DNA of 64,000 bases from Pocillopora damicornis (lineage: Eukaryota): positions 186,001-250,000 of the forward strand of contig NW_020846801.1 in the NCBI RefSeq assembly GCF_003704095.1, written 5' to 3'. Position numbers and translations under genes: made by a program. The notes under the pieces are model-generated. The model had not been told where the DNA came from. It was given only the letters and a program-made list of their open reading frames with translations, and searched no databases. Shown piece after piece: positions 61,101-64,000 of the stretch; within the stretch, counting starts at the first letter, position 1, and each line of letters starts with the position of its first letter.

Positions 61101-63898
61101 CTTCGTTGTTCAGCGATATTTAGATGCGTTAATGTACCTATGATGATTTCAGATACCCCGACGCCTGTGGCTACATTCCCACTCAGTGGTGTACTCAGTG
61201 GACGGGATATCTCTCCAAATAAGAACCCACGAGCAAAACTCCGTAATGTGCGGCCAGACAACGGACCCGATGGTCTCCCTTCAGGTGCCATTAAGTTGAG
61301 AGGTAGTCGAGATAGCTATGTGGTGTTTCCAAACTACGGAAAACTGGACACAACGGACGAAATAACGATCACTGTGTGGGTGAAGCCCAAAAGCGCTGGA
61401 CCAATCTTCCATTATAAGCCCCAATCCTGGGGTGGAGTACATGTCTGGGTTGTAGGACGACCTGGTAATCGAAAGTTTTTCGTCCGATTCTCCACGCGTA
61501 ACGGCAAAACTGTTCCAGCACTAAGAAGTAGGAAAATCAAAATGGGACGATGGTATTATGTGGCTGTTACTTACGATAAAAAGAAGGGAGTTGGAACCAT
61601 TTGGAGAAATGGCTTCATTGATGCTCAGGTATTACAGACATAACAATAGACTGTTTTTACCAATTTAACACATTTGGACCCATTGTCAGCAATTAAGGAA
61701 AGCGATATGTTCACAGTGGTGATTACAACAGTATCCAGAAAAAAGTCTCGCACACAGAGTTCAATTTCCAACTAAACCTAATTTCTTTGCTTTTTTTTGC
61801 TGATAGTCGCAGTCTTACGTTTTAGTTTGTTTGTGTTGTTATCTTCGGCTGACTTTTAACCTTCTTTCCAGTACCCTTTCTCATGGAGAGTAACAGACGC
61901 AATAGGTTAATGAACAAAGCAGAGTATCAGTCATTAACAATATCATTTGTTCGCCATTTAGCGCCGTGTTGGAATTTACAAACTCGCCACTAACTACCCA
62001 GCTATTATGGGGCGAAAACCAGGGGATCGCCGCGTACTGAGAGGAAGCATTTCGTGTTTGCAAATCTTCAAGAAAGCTTTGATTGGACCACAGATTCGAG
62101 CACAGAAAAGGAAATGTTTCAGACGAAGTAAGAGCTGCTTGCTTACTCTTTTTATATAAGACTAATTTAAGTCAAACAGAGACAGACAGATGAACAGGAA
62201 GGGAAAGGAAAACAGACTAACTGACAAACGTACCTACAAACTTACAGACAAATGTGCTTAAAGAAAGATAAAAAGACAGACAGAAAGATCAGTGTATTAG
62301 TTTTCTTACATTTTACAACGTAAATTATCTGATACTGAACTTTTGTTTTCTCTGTATTTTCTCTTCCAAGAACCAAATCCTAAAAGGCCCAAGCCGAAGC
62401 CAGGTGGGTTGTTGCAATATATGTTTGTAAGTCTTAGGAGTGATATCAAAGAACTGCAAAGAGTCGACCACAAACATTTTGCGCCTAGTAAAGAAGGCTA
62501 AGGTTAAAGAGTTGATGATGACTCATTGATGAGTTGATTCACTTACACGGTGGGATCCGAGATAAGTACGAGATCATTTATTAGCTTGAGGCCTGGCAAC
62601 GATGACATAAACGAACCAAATGAACAGTTCCTAATTTCTGTTGCTCATACATGTGGTTTCTTTCCTTTATTATTTTGTCATTTGTTTTCAGTACGGCTTC
62701 ATCCTCTTAGTTTGTACAAAAGCGCTTCATGGGATATTTTTTTGTCTTTATTCTGCAGCTCAGCCGATGCTCATGGGGCTCTATCCGTTTGATCCAATCA
62801 GTAGAGGCCGAGACAGAAGCCCCAATAAAGCACCTAAAGCTTTGTTCAGCAACGTCGCTTTGACCAGTGGTCCCGATGGCCGCCCAAAATCTGCCGTTAA
62901 ACTGCGTGGCCTCCCAAACAGCTACATTGAAATACCCAATAATGGAAAATTGCGCACGACCAATTCCATCTCCATGTTTGCCTGGGTCAAACCTACAGGG
63001 ACAGCAGGACCAATTATCAACTACGGCAGAGGACCCGCCTGGGAGACACACCTGTGGCAGACAGACCCCAAAACGCTCTTTGTTCGATATGTGAAGATAG
63101 GAGGTGCCCCCACTCCGGCCGTTACTAAGGCAGCGCTGACGCGAGGCGTTTGGAATTTCGTCGGTACAACTTACGATGGAACTTATGCCACACTTTGGGT
63201 GAATGGTAAAAAGGTCGCTTCGCGTAAAATCAACAGCATTCGTTTGTCAACAATTGGACCAATAAGGATCGGAGTGAAGAACGGCGATAAGCGTTACTTC
63301 AAAGGCGCCGTAGCTTGTGTGCAGCTCTATCGAGTTGCTTTACAGAAAAAACAGATACGGAGAGCCATGAAAAGATGTATGAGACGTGAGTATCTCAAAA
63401 ATGGAATTGGTTTATGTGTTCTAGGTATTTCAGATTTAGCGCTGAGAAATATTTCAGTAAGAGAGGAAACATATTAAACTTCACCTTTTGGTGAATAAGT
63501 CGACTTGCATTTAACTTAAACGGATATAACCATATGAGAGCAGTTTTCCCATAATTCTTCTGGCAAAGAAATCGGATAAAATCTTGCTTTAGTCAATTAA
63601 ATTATTGTTAGCATAAGCAGATATATTATGACATTCCTGGAGAAACATTTAAAGATCAGAGAAGCCATCACTTTCTTCCTATTCAAAAGGGCGCGGCCCA
63701 AACTGTAATTGAACTTGGTAATCGCGCGAATTTCATATAGTTCTTGCTGATAAAATAAATAGAGAGATAAATGTTTCACACTTGAGGCTCTATACTTTTA
63801 CGTTTAGCAAAGTTGACCATTGATAACTATTTATTTAGGACGCCCGTCTGTTCCCCGTACCACTCCACCCCCACCGCCACCAACTCAGGCACCAGCAT
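43174..63898 (+). CDS. Giant secreted modular protein (acidic pro-region, VWA, (GGP)n/PTK rod, VWA, tandem LamG/ConA-like domains); 3' end beyond window
   Basis: Phase-consistent GT-AG exons: 43174-44458, 44825-44896, 45099-45953, 46162-46182, 46597-46792, 47312-47676, 48246-48326, 48656-48835, 48917-49195, 49603-50259, 51282-51644, 52157-52696, 53210-53551, 53971-54681, 55080-55679, 55940-56038, 56361-56891, 57209-57256, 57337-57966, 58600-58641, 58909-59538, 59876-59926, 60042-60680, 61037-61066, 61153-61628, 61962-62127, 62371-62403, 62759-63385, 63839-63898. That is about 10.6 kb of coding sequence with no stop reached. Signal peptide [21 protein letters not shown]. Confidence 0.82.
43549..43935 (+). 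repeat. Coding 33-bp (11-aa) tandem repeat, about 12 units
   Basis: [77 protein letters not shown] ... Confidence 0.8.
44610..44760 (+). mobile_element. tRNA-derived SINE-like repeat in intron
   Basis: A-box-like TAGCTCAGTTAG, then CACCAGTATCGCAGA, and B-box-like GGTTCGGATCCC. No intact cloverleaf. Confidence 0.45.
45737..45840 (+). repeat. Coding (GAY)n poly-Asp/Glu tract
   Basis: [33 protein letters not shown]. Confidence 0.9.
46597..47676 (+). other. VWA domain 1 of the giant protein (two exons)
   Basis: [17 protein letters not shown]...TRVSLTVY...RTGRAL...[11 protein letters not shown]...IYSVGVG...ELDSMATDP...IC. Confidence 0.9.
48656..55679 (+). repeat. Coding (Gly-Gly-Pro)n blocks with Pro/Thr/Lys linkers, eight exons, about 1,224 aa
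   Basis: GGN-GGN-CCN codon arrays confined to phase-1 exons bounded by plus-strand AG/GT sites. Confidence 0.92.
56361..56891 (+). other. VWA domain 2 of the giant protein (degenerate MIDAS)
   Basis: [16 protein letters not shown]...VRIGLI...SGKAL...[11 protein letters not shown]...IFSIGVG...AC. Confidence 0.85.
57337..63385 (+). other. Five tandem about 210-aa LamG/ConA-like (pentraxin-like) domains
   Basis: Units at 57337-57966, 58909-59538, 60042-60680, 61153-62127 and 62759-63385. Each has FPL...RDxSP...GPDG...SY(I/V)EFPNNGxLD...SITxxAWV...WxYxxxxYD...LxxNG...FxGxxxCxQxYxxAL...C. Confidence 0.8.
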
Positions 63899-64000
63899 GT
63901 AAGTACAAAGGATTACTAATCCTGATTTAACAAACATGAAGGAATAACTGAAGCAGCTCAGAACTAAAATCAAAATCTCTGTCGCGAAGCCTATACGGAG

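Overview
Eukaryotic, intron-containing, AT-rich animal DNA with N gaps. The repeat families and gene content suggest a stony coral (inference). I traced exons by eye using GT-AG sites and reading phase. Contents in order: (1) 1-12.8 kb is a rearranged, partly inverted duplication holding one complete and three partial or decayed copies of a D-2-hydroxyacid dehydrogenase (GRHPR-like, catalytic Glu missing). It is mixed with Penelope-like retroelement fragments, a hammerhead ribozyme and a CCDC106-like relic. (2) DEPTOR (minus strand, complete). (3) Acid sphingomyelinase SMPD1 (minus strand, one exon apparently lost in a gap). (4) A C-type lectin-EGF-TM receptor (plus strand). (5) An SLC22 transporter (minus strand) with an intronic hammerhead element. 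(6) From 43.2 kb to beyond the window end, one giant secreted-protein gene (29 coding exons, about 3,500 codons so far). Its layout is signal peptide, acidic pro-region with KR sites and an 11-aa repeat, poly-Asp, VWA, about 1,200 aa of (Gly-Gly-Pro)n blocks with Pro/Thr/Lys linkers, a second VWA, then five or more Arg/Lys-rich LamG/ConA-like domains. This protein is the best candidate here for an undescribed structural or adhesive system.
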